64,000 bases of DNA from Leucoraja erinacea (lineage: Eukaryota), in contig NC_073391.1 of the NCBI RefSeq assembly GCF_028641065.1, positions 43,958,001 to 44,022,000 on the forward strand, read 5' to 3'. This document shows positions 63,761 to 64,000 of this stretch, piece by piece. The notes beneath the pieces were generated by a model. That model had not been told where the DNA came from, did not search any database, and worked only from the letters and a program-made list of their open reading frames with translations. How positions within the stretch are numbered: the stretch's first letter is position 1; every line of letters starts with the position of its first letter. The translations under genes were made by a program, and so were the position numbers.

Positions 63761-64000
63761 GCTGAACCTCACACGTACACTAAAATGCTGGAGAAACTCA
63801 GCGGGTGCAGCAGCATCTATGGAGCGAAGGAAATAGGTGACGTTTCGGGCCGAAACCCTTCTTCAGGAGTAGGCATACCTTGAGGAGATATCGCAGTGGA
63901 GTAGACAAAGTGTTCAAGAAGGAACTGCAGATGCTGGGAGATCGAAGGTACACAAAATTGCTTTCTTCAGGGATTTGTGAGTGTCGTGAGTGAGTGAAGA

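Noticed and set aside
1-64000. CRISPR arrays, prokaryotic operons or endogenous viral genes
   Set aside because: There is no regularly spaced repeat-spacer array, and all long ORFs are explained by LINEs, ZNFs or the GPCR.

Overview
Repeat-rich vertebrate DNA, most likely from a cartilaginous fish (skate/ray-like). This is inferred from HE1/V-SINE-type SINEs, CR1/HER1-type LINEs, a GPR139-like receptor and the zinc-finger style. Most of the window is fragments of CR1 LINEs (including a ~3.1 kb disrupted ORF2 copy), tRNA-derived V-SINEs, Rex1-like and L2 LINEs, Penelope (GIY-YIG) relics and a small MITE. Host genes are three C2H2 zinc-finger genes (9, 8 and 12 fingers, no recognisable effector domain), three NRF1/YY1-motif CpG islands, and a two-exon GPR139-like gene whose 3' half is replaced by a CR1 fragment. 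The main hunt result is an abundant ~110-200 bp Penelope-derived element carrying a minimal type I hammerhead-ribozyme motif, found as independent insertions with 12-17 bp target-site duplications and often as fold-back hairpins. Also notable: SINEs that appear to supply the start codon of one ZNF and the stop codon of another, and a young teleost-like L2 LINE. Repeat boundaries were read by eye (roughly +/-10-20 bp) and no database searches were run.
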